A stretch of DNA of 63,930 nt from Paraspadella gotoi (GCA_051294375.1 CM119269.1:14333988-14397917), one strand, 5' to 3'. Counted from the first letter of the stretch, positions 14,501 to 27,598 are shown. Made by a program: numbers and translations. Notes: generated by a model from the sequence alone, not told the origin.

Positions 14501-14950
14501 CAAGCATTTATTGGGTGTTCATAATATAACTAAATTATGTTGTTTGTAGTTTCTCGGTTCCATTCTAACACTCATTTTCCACTACGCTCACGATTCCTTC
14601 CATCTGCAAAACCTCTAACTCATTCCAGCTCAATTCACCAAACACATTTACCTACATCCACAGCAACAAAATGTATCATTCTTCAAAATTCCATCCATCC
14701 AACATCACCGAGTTATGCAGATTTTTTTTTTGTTTACCTTCTTCATGCATCATATTCTCAATGTTCTTCAGTGGGACGGCATCGGCGCACGGACGCTACG
14801 GACAGACAGAACGGACGGCATTCACGGACATCATTTCTTTTTTTTGCATCTAATTTAGTGCATAATTCGAAATTGTTCTGACATGATATAAGGTAGTTGC
14901 CGCAGCAATATTGAGGGGCGCGGACGCGACGGATGCCGATTAAAACTGAG
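11560..14950. mobile_element. Putative ~3.4 kb non-coding interspersed element, copy 1
   Basis: Homologous to 34870-37671 (shared anchors TATCGAGCCAGGCG, TCATTCGTTTTTTCCC(C)GGTTTT, TATATCCAGCT). Absent from the paralogous locus at ~18840, where matches to 11305-11560 and 15010+ are directly adjacent. Confidence 0.4.
13800..14950 (-). mobile_element. Helentron/DINE-1-like (HINE-type) remnant
   Basis: Several degenerate repeats of CCTACCCACACACAAAATT...CCAAC...ATCACCGAGTTAT (13815, 14040, 14445, 14650), followed by GGACAGACAGAACGGACGG at 14800. The latter is the reverse complement of the GTCY microsatellite seen at 43770-43840. Confidence 0.4.
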
Positions 14951-15009
14951 TTATGAAAATGAATTCTATAGAGTCGCGGAATCTGCTATATAAAGCCAGA
15001 TCCCGCGAC

Positions 15010-18000
15010 AAAGAATGTTTGTATCAAATTTGAAAACTTCGTGATCACAGAGCAATAAATAATGTTTACCATGCTCCCAAACCATGCCAAGTTGAGGCTG
15101 AAAGGAGTCTGTATCTAGTCCTGAGGATGGTTTTTATCCTCTGATATCAGATTCAAAGTTGCACCGACCACAAAGAAAAACAAAGCTCATATGCCCGTCG
15201 GTATCGATACAAGTAGCAGCTGATGAAAGAAGGATGGATATGAAGGTAAACAAATCGAGCGATCGATAGTGAAGAAAAATAAAAGGACGGAAAAGATTCG
15301 AGCACCATGTAATGAGAAGGAGTGAAAAAAGTCTGAAAAAGATAGCGAGAGAAATCAAGTATGAAATAAAATCAACGTTTCAAAGCTTGGAGGATTTGAA
15401 AACTATTATTAGATTTACAGAGATTCGAATTTGAGAAAATAGTGTGAATACCCCGTCTTATGGTACCTAATGCACCTGATATAAGTGAATGACGTGATAG
15501 GTGTTGCGGCATGCAGTTACTAAGAGTTCCAGTCATCAGCCTACTCGGTGCTCTATCATGAAGATTCATATATGATCGTGACGAGATGAAACATAGCGCA
15601 ACGAAGATGCACCACTTTTGATCAAGAGAAGTAAGCTATTTACTAAAAAGTTGAAAGATCGACTGCTGAAGAAAAGACATGAGTAAAAGAAGGTGGAATT
15701 CTAGGAGTCATGAGAAACGGTAGCCAAAGTAATAGATCGCATTAGAAGAACAAGTAAAGGTTAGTCTTTTATAGATTATAGAAGTAGAGCTCGAAAAATC
15801 TTTGTATGCTGAAAGAATCGAATGAGGATAAGAATTTCTGCATTTAATTGCCTAATAGACATCGAACATCACACTTAGGGATCTGTTTCAACGGCACGTC
15901 ACCGACTGTCTGCGTCGCGGCACGACATGGTGCGCCTAGTACAGCCGCCACCCAACTCAGCCCATGCCCTCATACAGCGCCGCCATTCTTGCCGGTATGA
16001 TCACACCTGTAACCGAAGATAATACGAACAATCAAAACATCCTAATCATTCGCGTAGTCTACCGTTATATGCCATCAACCTCGCATGTACATCTTTCCTG
16101 TCTAGTCTATATCGTCATCCTATGACTCTCTCTCCTTCTCTTCTCTCTCTTCTTCTCTCTCTCTTCTCCATTCTCTTCCTTCTACCTCTCGCTCTATACT
16201 CATCTCTCTCTTCTCGTCTCTCTCTCTCAGTCTACACTTCTCTGCTGCTTCCTCTGTCTTTATGCAATCTAGTTCCTATATTCATCTCTTCACATCCCAT
16301 TAGTAACAAGACGCAATCGATCAGTACAATATATCGTAGATCCAATAGTTTCTATTACTTTCCAGCTAGAAATCGTTCATATTATTACCCACTTTTATTA
16401 TTCTACCATTAATATACATACTTCATAGCTATATTAATTACGATAAAGTATTATTACTAAAGTTTTTATATAAATTTTTAATAAAACGATTTTAAGGATC
16501 CTTTCGATTAAGATCGAGCTATGTCTCAATCCTCGCTATACTTGCTAACGTCCACCGCTTAGAACTTTCACTTCTTCTATGTCAAATGTACTACCCAATA
16601 TAAGATAATATCCACTTCATTAATAAACTTAAGTCCATATCTTGCCGGAAAAATCTTTCACATGCGTGCATCGCATTTTCTTCGACTTGCTGCATGAACG
16701 TTTTTGATATATGCCATCAAATACATTCACCGCTTCCCCTCGATATAACTATGACTTCTCTTCACAATACTAATTTCACTCCTTTCCTCTCTCATCTCTC
16801 TTCGCTCTCTTCTCTACTCTCTTCTTCTATCTCTCTCTCTCTTCTCCTCTCTGCTCTTCTGCTCCTTCTCTCTATCTCAACTCTCTCTCTCTCTCCGTCT
16901 TCTCTCTCTTCACTCTTTTTCCTTCCAATACTCTTTCCTTCAGGATACAGCAATTTGACCCGGAGCATGAGTTATCGCGTGATCTCCGAAAAGCGTCCCC
17001 AAGAGCAATATAAACCACAGTTTAAAACGAAGGATCCTTAAATGACTAAAGAAGCATCATTTAAACAAACGACGGAAGATTACAGCTCTCAATGGTCGCA
17101 GGGCTCCACAGAGATGATAGCGAAGACTTGCTCCGCTTCCGGTAATTTTTTGCCAAAGAAATTCCTAACTCTCTCTTCTCTCTCTCTCGTCTCTCTCTCT
17201 CTCTTTCTCTCTCCTCTCTCTCTTCTCTTCTCTCTCTCTTCTCTCTCTCTGTCTCTCTCTCTCAAAGTTCCAAATCTTCTGCCAATGCAGACCCTTGAAG
17301 AAAATGTAAAAAAATCTCCGACTTGGTATCGTCCCTGCTCCATCGGCCCACATTTTCGATACTAATATCTCTTCGTGCATGCTCCTTAGGAGACTTAGGC
17401 AAAGTTTTTTTTAGATGCGCTCGCCATTACTATAGTTCCTCTTCGGTCTGCTCGACCTCTCACAGTGAAAACTTTATATTTATAGTCACGCTTATGAAAA
17501 ATAACGAGAGTTGGATATGGTATCTCGTAAGTGATAAATCGAAAACCAATGGGAAACGATTATTTTCAAAACCCCATATTAACAGTGTTGTAAAAATGTC
17601 GTTTTTAAAACCAGTCTTGTACTAGAAACAATCATGCCCAATCGTAAGAATTTTACATAGAAAAAACTTGTGACTCTTCACATTTCCATTTTTCGTCAGC
17701 TTTCCTTCAACTCTCACGAATAAATGTATTTTGACCCTTGAAACCAAAAAAGCAACCTTAACCTTGAGTTTTGTATAATCGTCGTACTGTTTTACACGAC
17801 ATTCGCTTCGTTCCCCATCAACAAACAACAACAAGAAAAAAAAACATAGCAAACACTTTTTCTCATTTTCTGTTCCACAGGTTCAATCACCGAGAATGAC
17901 GCTATATGACGACGATGATGACGATGATGATGATGTTATAGTTTATTATAAATTTCATTGGAACGAGTTCAATATAGATGATCAGACTATACACGAGACT

Positions 18001-18680
18001 GTCAAAAAAAAATTAAAATAACAAACGCTAAAGGAAGATGAACAATAAACGTTAACTAATATACGAGGATATAACTCGTTTATTATGATCCAAGCTGTGC
18101 CATTTAGCGTGAAATTAAGCACGAGTGGATAGATATTCGACTTCAAAATTCCTTACTGTATAAATTAGAATTATACTTGTGAAAATTATTCCTACCGATT
18201 CGATTATTCAAATGCAAGTAGCTTTTAGTAGCGGTGATTCATGATTAAAAGGCGTCAAAATTTAAGTATCTGAATCAATAAATAAAACCATAGAGTTTAA
18301 ACTTATTCATTAGAGATCCGGACCCATTATAGATGTTTACAATGAACTTTAGTCGTTCTCGTAAGACAGTAATCACAAACCGAGGCTGAAGGACTTTTAA
18401 ACTCGTCGAGTTGAAAACTTAACTTCTCTTGATATGCTTCGCGCAAATTCATCCTCGAGTGAAAGAAGCACCATGAAAGACTCACAGAGGAAAGAGTCAC
18501 ATGAAACATGAACGCCTGTCTATTTTTCCAGCGTCCGCAGTCACTTCCGACAAGTCGGATCTCTTTGAGTGAAGAATCTCTTCTTCAAAACTTGTTTGAT
18601 TTATTTGGATGCCGATGCGATCCGGACAGAAGAGAGAAGAGACGAGAGATCCCGAGGTGAGAGAGAGACTGTACCATTTC
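15010..18680. repeat. Duplicated block D, copy 1 (error-rich)
   Basis: Colinear with 18845-22262 (anchors GAGCAATAAATAATGTTTAC; ATTTAAACAAACGACGGAAGATTACAGCTCTCAATGGTCGCAGGGCTC; GATCCCGAGGTGAGAGAGAGACTGTACCATTTC). Confidence 0.9.
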
Positions 18681-18934
18681 GCTCGCTATCTCGCTCCGTA
18701 GCGTGAAAAAAGTGTGAAAGAGAATCGGATTCTATTTCACGGTTTCACGTTTTTCGTTTTAGTGAATTTTTTTTAAGGGTAGGGGAAGTTGGGAGGATTT
18801 GGGGTCGTCGTCCTAGTCCTAGTGCAAAAAATATAGTTAATCTGTTAAAATGTTCGTTCAAGTTTTGAAACTTACGAGCAATAAATAATGTTTACATGCT
18901 CCAGGGGATGCCAAGTGAGTGAAGGGGCATTAGG

Positions 18935-19605
18935 GTGTTTTTATCCGCTGAATCAGATTCAAAGGTTGAGACCAAAGAAACAAAGGTATCGATACAAGTA
19001 GCAGCGATAAAAAGGAGGAAGAAGGAGAAACGGAGGATCGAGAGAAGAAAAAAGAAAAGGAAAAGAAATGTAAGAGGAAGAAGGAAAAAATCTAAAAAGA
19101 AAGAGAAACAAGTATGAAATAGAAATGTTAAGAGGATTTAAAATAGATTTAGAATCGAATTGAGAAAATAGTGGAAACCCGTCGTGGCTAAGGAAAAGTG
19201 AATCGAGTAAAGAAGAGAGTTACTAATAGGAGCAGCCACTGGTGAGAGGTAAGATGGAAGAGGAAGAAGCAAGGAACCATTGAAGAAAGAGTAATACTAA
19301 AAGTGAAAGCGACTTGCGAGAAGAATGAGAAAAGAAGTGTGGAATTCTAGGAGCTGAGAAACGTAGCCAAAGGAGCAGAGAAAAGTAAGGAGCTTTAGGA
19401 AAGAATAGAGCGAAAATCTTTTCGAAATCGAAGAAAGAATTTCGGTTTAATCCAAAGACATCGAAAACATCTAGGGCTGTCTAACCGGACGCCGATCGCG
19501 CCGCCGACAGCGCCGTCAACAGCGCCGCCGACCGCGCCGCCAACAGCGCCGCCATCGGCGACACCTGAACCGAGAATCGAACATCAAAATTTCATCGCGA
19601 GTCTC
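18935..19605 (+). CDS. Candidate frameshifted exon encoding a Lys/Glu-rich region followed by a (TAPP)n Pro-rich segment
   Basis: Purine-rich non-microsatellite sequence (SAESDSKVETKETKVSIQVAA...). The 3' part reads PIAPPTAPSTAPPTAPPTAPPSATPEPRIEHQNFIASL up to a donor GTTAGT at 19606. Frame is broken repeatedly, consistent with read errors. Noisier copy at ~15130-16060. Confidence 0.35.
19498..19557 (+). repeat. 12-bp tandem repeat GCGCCGCCAACA x5 (encodes APPT in frame)
   Basis: gcgccgccgaca/gcgccgtcaaca/gcgccgccgacc/gcgccgccaaca/gcgccgccatcg. Confidence 0.85.
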
Positions 19606-19644
19606 GTTAGTCTCTCAACCGCGACGATCTTTCCTCGTCCTCAT

Positions 19645-19684
<40 letters not shown>

Positions 19685-19819
19685 CTTGCAATCATCCATT
19701 CATCTCTTCACATCCATTAGTCAAAGGGCAATGGTCAATACTCGTAGATCCAATAGTGTACTTCAGAATCGTATTACATATTTACCATTAATATTACTAT
19801 ACTATACTATATAATTACG

Positions 19820-19878
19820 ATAAAGTTTTATATAAAGTTTTATATAAAGTTTTATATAAAGTTTTATATAAAGTTTTA
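19820..19878. repeat. 12-bp tandem repeat TATAAAGTTTTA x~5
   Basis: Direct inspection. The unit is nearly palindromic. Confidence 0.9.
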
Positions 19879-20035
19879 GAGCTTGATTAAGATCGCTTGC
19901 TCAATCTCTAGCTATCTTTCAATCCCGCTTAGAATTTCACTTTTTCTATATTATTCACATCGCATCTTCGACTTGGCGTGAATTTTATATCATCGAATAC
20001 ATTCACCGCTTCCGAAAGATTCACATAAATTTCCT

Positions 20036-20073
<38 letters not shown>

Positions 20074-23000
20074 AAAAATCCATTCCTCGTAATCTTCCTC
20101 GGCTCGCAATCAACTCCCTCTCTCTCGCTCTTTTAAATAACCCCTGTTGGTTCAGAATCTAATTTTCTCTTTTCTTGCCTTCTGTCATGTCTCCGTTCTC
20201 TTTCTTCCCTGTCTATCATTGTCAATCTCTCCCTCTTCTTTTGCAGTTTCATGTGGATCTCGACTTCTCCTCTCTTCTCTTCTCTTTTTTCTTCTTCCTT
20301 ACCCGACTCTATCCTTAGGTTTGTCCTTTCCCACGACTCTTTCCTGTTCGGCAGGCAATGGCAGGAGATATCGGTATCCCTGCCACCGCGCCGCATAATC
20401 ATCCAAATAAAATATGTTTTATATACGAGTACCAAAAGGGCCCAAGGAGCATAAATCCTTTAGTAAGACCTGGATACCCTTAAATGACTGACAAGAGATC
20501 ATTTAAACAAACGACGGAAGATTACAGCTCTCAATGGTCGCAGGGCTCACAGAAGATGTGGCGGGAAGAGGCTATTTGCCTTCCCTTCGGTTTTTGGGCC
20601 GAAATCTAACACATTCGTTGCTTCATTTCTCCCCTCCTTCATTCATAACACATCTCTCCTCTCTCTCCACTCTCTCGAATGCTCTCGTCCATCTCTTCTC
20701 GTCTCTCTCTCTATCTCCTCTCTTTCCGTCTTTCCTCGATCTCACTCTCGTCCAAGAAGTTCAAATCTTCTGCAATGCAGACCTTGAAGAAAATTGGAAA
20801 ATAATCTCGACTTGGGTTCGTCCCTGCTCCATTTCGGGCCCAATTTTCGATACTATATCTCTCGTCATGCTCCTTAAGACTAGGAAAGTTTTTTTAGATG
20901 CGCCGCCATTACTATTTCCTTTCGGTCTGTCTGCCTCTCAGTAAAACTTTTATATTTATATACGCTTAAATAATACAGAGTTGGGATTTGGTATTCGGTA
21001 AGTTGATTAAATCGAAACCAATGGGAAACGATTATTTTCAAACCCCATATTACAAGTGTGAAAAATTGTTTTAAAAGGAGTCTTGTACTAGAAAACAAAT
21101 GCCCAATCTAAGAATTTTACATTAGAAAACTTGTGACTTTCACGATTTTCCATTTTTCGTCAGCTTTTCCTTCAACTCTCACGAAAATTATTTTGCTTGA
21201 CAACCAAAAAAGCAACTTAACCTTTAGTTTTGTTCGTCGTACTGTTTTACACGAATTCGCTTCGTCCATCAACAACAACAACAAGAAAAAAAAACATAGC
21301 AAACACTTTTTCTCATTTTCTGTTCACAGGTTTTCAATCACGAGTAGATGACGCTGATGATGACGATGATGATGACGATGATGATGATGTTATAGTTTAG
21401 TTATCAATTCTTTGGAACGAGTTCAAAAGATGATGCAGCTAATGACACGAGACTGTCAAAAAAAAATTAACAAACGCGAAAGGAAGATTGAACAATAAAC
21501 GTTAACTAATATACATGGATATAACTCGTTTATTAATTCCTAAGCGGTGGCTAGTTAGCGTGAATAAGCACGAGTGGATAGTAATGCGACTTCAAAGTTC
21601 CTTACTTATAAATTATGAATTATACTGTGTGAATTATCCTACCGATTTCGATTATTCAATGCAAGTAGCTTAGTAGCTTGATTAATGATTAAAAGGCGTC
21701 GAAATTAAGTACTGAATCAATAAAATAAACCAAGAGGTTTAAACTATTCATTAGAGACTGACCAATTTAATTTTATGAACTTAGTCTTCTTTGTAAACGA
21801 ATGACAAACCGAGCTGAAGACTTTGAACTCGTCGAGTTGAAAACTTAACTTCCTGATATGTCGCGCAAATTCACCGAGTGAAAGAAGCACCATGAAAGAC
21901 TCACAGAGTGAAAGAGTCACAGTGAACAGTGAACGCGTTTATTTTTCCGGTCCGAGTCACTCCGACAGTCGATCTCTTTGAGTGAGAATCTCTTCTTTCA
22001 AAACTTTGTGATTTATTNNNNNNNNNNNNNNNNNNNNNNNNNNNNNNNNNNNNNNNNNNNNNNNNNNNNNNNNNNNNNNNNNNNNNNNNNNNNNNNNNNN
22101 NNNNNNNNNNNNNNNNNNNNNNNNNNNNNNNNNNNNNNNNNNNNNNNNNNNNNNNNNNNNNNNNNNNNNNNNNNNNNNNNNNNNNNNTGGATGCCGATGC
22201 GATCCGGACAGAAGAGAGAAGAGACGAGAGATCCCGAGGTGAGAGAGAGACTGTACCATTTCTTAGAATCTTGATCCAGTCGTTGACTACCGAGCAATAA
22301 AAATGATGATTGATTGCTGCGCCGTCGATGGGGTACCTTTAAACAAATGAAAAAAACAATTTTTATCGATAATTTACCACATTTTTTAAAAAATAAATCC
22401 GTTTCTGTCCTTTACGAAGCTGAAGAAGTTAATTTGATCGAATTTCCATTATTATATTCTGTCGTTGAGAAAACAATTTTTTTATCTGATTCCAATGGCG
22501 ATGGAATCGAAGAAGGGAGAAATCTCAGTCGGAATCACCTTTAACGATAATTTTAATTCCACCTTTATGGAATGAAATAGAGAGAGGTTCAATTAAAACA
22601 GTTATAACAGTTAAAATATTATATAACTTGATTGATAGGAAAACCAGATAATACTCTTGAAGTTAACAAACAAGACTGCGAGTCTTGGTTGAAGAGCTTG
22701 CGGCGTCTTTAAACCATAACCAGTCCGAGTGTCCTTGTTCAAAGTTGGCAAGCACATGGGGGCCCGATGTGATACTGAGGTGAGAGAAAGAAAACGTTGA
22801 CCAACTACTACGATTCCCACCAAATTTTGTTATGACGCGGGGTGGTTAATCACTCACGGTAAATCACTTCCTGGCGACTCGGAAAGTCAAAGCCTCGATC
22901 CGGGGTGATTTTTTCCATGTGAGAAGTGAGACGGTTTTTCGAGATAAATCTTTCATTCACTCGCGCGAAATTATGATTCAGCGAGGAAGAAGAGGCGGCC

Positions 23001-23393
23001 GAGATGAAACTTTTTCAACGCATTAAATTTTAAGATATTTTATATATATATACATCATTGATATATATTTTAGATTTACATAATATTATTTTATTTTAAT
23101 TCTTAGTTTTCAGTTTTAGTTTCGTAAATTCGCAAAAATTCTCGAACTCAAAAATTCCCAAATTCCCAAATTTTCGAATTCGAAAATTCGCAACTCGAAA
23201 AAATATTCACAAATTCATCAAGTCTTTTTTATTCTCACGTGAGGATTTGAGATTCACGGAGGAAACGAATTCCCGCATCGTTAGTTTTCTCGTTGTCACC
23301 AAATTTTTTTCAATTGTTTTTCGAGAAAAAAGGAAAATGCGGATCCACTTTACTTTTTATTCGGTCTCCCTTTTTTTTAATGCCGGTCTCTCT

Positions 23394-23464
<71 letters not shown>

Positions 23465-24138
23465 CCTCCGAATATGAGAAACGAGCGGCAAAAAATTTTC
23501 GCGTTGGAAAAAGGGATCACGTCCCAACACGATCTCGCCATCTCCCAATTTTTATTAAATTTCCGAGAGAGAGAGAGAGAGAGAAGTGATGGGGGCGGAT
23601 GAGGAGAGAAGAGAGGAGAAGATAGAGAGAAGAGAGAGAGAAAGATGAGTAGACATAAAGCGGCCGCTTTGTGCTCTTAATCGCATAGGTGTTTGGTGAA
23701 CTCAAGAGCATGAATTGCGGGATGTTCCCCTTAAGAACGAGAATAGAGGGAGAAAAGAGGCTCTTGGAGACCCGGATGTTGAAGCCCCCCGGATGTAAGG
23801 CCGGTTTAACGAGGAGATTTTAGGGGTCGTTTTCGGGGTTTTTCCGACCTTCTTTTATTCTGGGGTCGCGAGTCGCGACTTCCAATTACCCGAAATCATA
23901 TTACTTTTTTTTTTTTCTGTTGGGAGAGGGAGATTTCTGATCCGTCACTTTGGCGATAAGCGAGAACAAGTCTTTGTCATTTACAACAACAATATTGTTT
24001 AAAAAAAGTTAACTAGTGAGTCCAGTTAAATCTAAATTGATGTTAATTTGTTAACCGTTTTAAATATATTTGATTTTAAGAAAGAAACCATTAGGTTGTC
24101 ATCCATTACAGTTACTTAGTTATCTCACCTCAACTCAC

Positions 24139-24267
24139 CTTCGGCCCTTCTTCATCGGGTCACCGGGCACCAGATCCAGGGCCAAATCGCCCACAAACCC
24201 TCCCTCACCCCGGGGGGGCGGGGTTAGGAAAAGGGTGCCGCGGCCGATTGCGGCCCGCCCGGACGAT
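24139..24267 (-). CDS. Candidate internal exon (129 bp; SSGRAAIGRGTLFLTPPPRGEGGFVGDLALDLVPGDPMKKGR)
   Basis: Minus strand: pyrimidine tract plus TTCCAACAG acceptor (CAG = 24270-24268) and AAG|GTGAGT donor (24138-24133). Length is a multiple of 3, exactly one frame is open, and the segment is GC-rich relative to its flanks. Confidence 0.35.
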
Positions 24268-25255
24268 CTGTTGGAAATCGGGAGAGAGAGAGGCCCCGGA
24301 ATTTCTACGGAAGAGTAACTGCGGGTGAGACGAGAATCTTCTGTCACGACAACGAATTGAGCCTCACCTCGCTTCCTCCTCCTCCTCCTCCTCTTCCTCC
24401 TACCGCCTCATAAGTCGGACAACGACAAAAAACCCATTCGTTTTATGTCCGTCGGCGAAGGTGGTTGAGTGGGTCGGGTTGGGGGAACGGTGTCGAGGAG
24501 GAAAAATGGATAGTGGGAGGTTTGGCGCGAAATGGGCGGAAAAACGGCCGGTGATATTTCCGGAATAAAACAGTGAGATGGCGGAAAATGTGGAAAGATG
24601 TCTGTAAATGTCTATGAGATGGGTGTAACGGGAAAAGGAGAGGAAAGGCAAATATATCTCGAAAGCAGAATGATAGAGGAAAATTAGGGGATCGATGAGG
24701 GGAATGGATGGGGAATCGGGGATCGTCGGGGATTGGTGAGGAGAGAAGTGAGAGTAGAATGAGGGGATTTAATCTAAGACGGGAGTAAGAATGGCGAGGA
24801 GAATCGAGTGGGAGCCTTACCGCGTGAATTGCGACGAAAGTGGTTTCGTGAAGTGAGGTGGTTCTTCACCGAGGTTTTTTTTTTACCGAGGGGGCGCGTG
24901 CTTATGGAGCATTCACGCGGTGAACGTGTGGAATGGCCCACTGTGATCACCGTGAGGATTGGGCCATCGAGAAATGGTCTCACGACTCACGAGGCGAGTG
25001 AAGAATCTCGGACGGAACTTCTAGTAGTAAATTGAAATATTGAAGTCGCTTGCTTTGCTTGTCCTTTTGATTGCTCGGTAGATTTAATTTCTTTCTTAAC
25101 TTTACTTATTCTACTTATTCATTTATTTCTTTTCTTTTTTCATTTTTTCTTTTCTTCTCTTTTTCATTTTTATTCTTTTATTTCATTTATTTTTTTTTGT
25201 TTCCTTCGATTTTTTTTTCAATTGGTTTCATGCAATATTAAATAATTCTCCACTT

Positions 25256-25344
<89 letters not shown>

Positions 25345-25390
25345 CTCTCCCCCCTTCTCTTTGAACTGACCGGCCCTTGTTCGCTTGTCC

Positions 25391-25404
25391 GTTGCCATGG
25401 CAGC
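25391..25404. promoter_or_regulatory. X-box-like palindrome GTTGCCATGGCAGC
   Basis: 13/14 match to the canonical RFX site GTTGCCATGGCAAC. Confidence 0.2.
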
Positions 25405-26605
25405 CGATTTCGTAATCAAATCATCTCCAAACGCGGATCCATTTCTGATTTCCGGAAGGAGCGACGGAAATTGGGGGAGGAGAAGGAAGAGGCGAAGAGG
25501 CGAAGAGAAGGACTCTCTCGGGGTCCAATGGGGGATGAGATGGACTCTTTACCATTGGAGAAAAAAGATATATAAAAATATGAAATAAAAATATACAAAT
25601 TTTAAAAAGAGAACAAAATTCTTAAATTTATAAAATAGTATAAAAAATTAATAATAATTGTTTCAACTGCCTCGACTTTCTGGCTGACTTTCAACTCATT
25701 CAAGATGGCGACTATCGTGGTTTCAAATGTTGTTTGTTTAGTACAATTTCGAGTTAATTAAGTCCATAATTAAGTCTTTAAAATTCTAAAAAAGTCCATT
25801 AAAAACATTCACGAATGGTGAAACAAACGGTTTTATCAATATATTTTATTTTAGTTTATTTATTATTTTAGTTTTTATTGGGGCCCGACCAAAATGTTTG
25901 TACAGAGGCTCGCCATTTCTCAACACCCCTGAGGGAGGTTAGGGGCGAGAGAAGAGAGATTTGCAAGAGCTGCAAGAGAAGAGAGCAAGACAAGGGACAG
26001 CAAAAGAAACAGCAAAAAGGACAGCGAAATGCGAGGTCGTTCACTCCGTCAGAGTTGTGTGTCACTCGAGGTCGTTACGAGTCACACCGGTCGTCGCCGG
26101 TGACGTCCAAACAATCTCCGATGGATTTGGGTCATCTTAACTCAGACTCGACTCGTTTCCGACTCAAAAGGAAAAAAAATCCTTCTTTAAGAAAAGTGTT
26201 TAATATCTATTTTGCATTTTTTTTATATTTATATTTCAATTTTATTTTTGTGGGGGGCACCCATTAAACCATTAAACCCATTCAGACCCATAAGCTCTCG
26301 GAAATCCGTATGTTAATATTTTATTAAAACATCTCTAAACATCTTTAAAATCATTTACAAATGATGGTTTACTCCTGGAACCTCGAGAGCAAATCATCTC
26401 CTTCACTTCAAACCCAGGGTGTCGCTCGTTATTCATTAAAAAAAAAACCGGCGTCACCCTTTTGTACCCTTAACCCCGGGGTGCGAGATTCCGCGGGCGG
26501 AACCGAGCGGCGATGAGCGAAGCCGTCGATGGAATCCACGTTTTATATCGACGTCCATAAAAAGGTGTTCTGGGCAATGATTTCTGCTGCGTGTCTCTCC
26601 TCTTC

Positions 26606-26723
<118 letters not shown>

Positions 26724-26725
26724 AC

Positions 26726-27137
26726 CGAAGGGGTAAGTCGGCTTGATTATTGGAATGGTGAACGTCACAAGAGCCAAGGATGGCGGAGGCCGCGACGTTA
26801 GATATCGAAGGCGGATCGAGGGAATGGCAGTAAGTATTTGCTCGGAGGTGCTGGCTGCGGATGTAGCTCCTGTCGCGGCTGTTGCTCCGGCTGCGTCTCC
26901 CACTCCGCGGCTGCGGTTGATTGTTGAATATTGGGCGAAGTGAAGGCGGCGGCGGCGGCGGCAGAAGTGGCAGCGGCAGCGGCGCTTAACAGTTGGCGCG
27001 AGCATTTTTTCCCCCTTTTTTTCCCGCCGCTTCGTCAGCCGGCGCGGTCGGCGTCGTCCGCCGCAGCACCCGGCGTCGTTTTTATGGTCGGCGCCCATTT
27101 CCGGGGCGTTCGTGCGGCGCCGAACCCACGCTGACAT
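26726..27137 (-). CDS. GC-rich candidate coding exon, product unknown
   Basis: GC-rich island between (CT)n tracts, with long open stretches in all three minus frames. One frame reads [87 protein letters not shown]. Possible weak donor GTATC at 26725. Confidence 0.35.
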
Positions 27138-27239
27138 CTTCCGTCTCGTTTTTATGCTTTTTCATGCTTTTTTATGCTTTTTTTTTCTTCTCCCGTCCAC
27201 AGTGTCTCTCCGGTCTCTCTCTCTCTCTCTCTCCTCTCT

Positions 27240-27288
<49 letters not shown>

Positions 27289-27598
27289 CCTCTCTCTCTC
27301 TCTCTTCCACGTTCTCCATTATTTTGCTTATTGTCTTTTATTTCTTTTATATTTCTCCTCGTTCCACACCAGCTTTTTTTTAAGCTCTCGTCATAAGGAA
27401 TCGTCGGCTGCAGAAATCCTTCAAAGTTTTATTTTTTTTTTATTTATTTATTTTTTTTTTGTTGTGTAAGTCTGCCTCTTTGGCGAGATTAAGTGGAAGA
27501 TATAGAGGAAGTAGGGAGATACTAGATAGTGAGCGAGAGAGAGAAAGCGAGAAAGAGAGAGAGGAGAGAGAGAGTGGAGAGATTAAAGACAGAGATAT

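Larger units (their letters stand above)
18845..22262. repeat. Duplicated block D, copy 2
   Basis: See copy 1. Differences are mostly 1-3 nt indels. Confidence 0.9.

Noticed and set aside
18532-18656. Plus-strand exon RPQSLPTSRISLSEESLLQNLF...
   Set aside because: The acceptor AG and reading frame are not preserved in the sister copy at 21945-22238. Cannot be supported without accurate reads.
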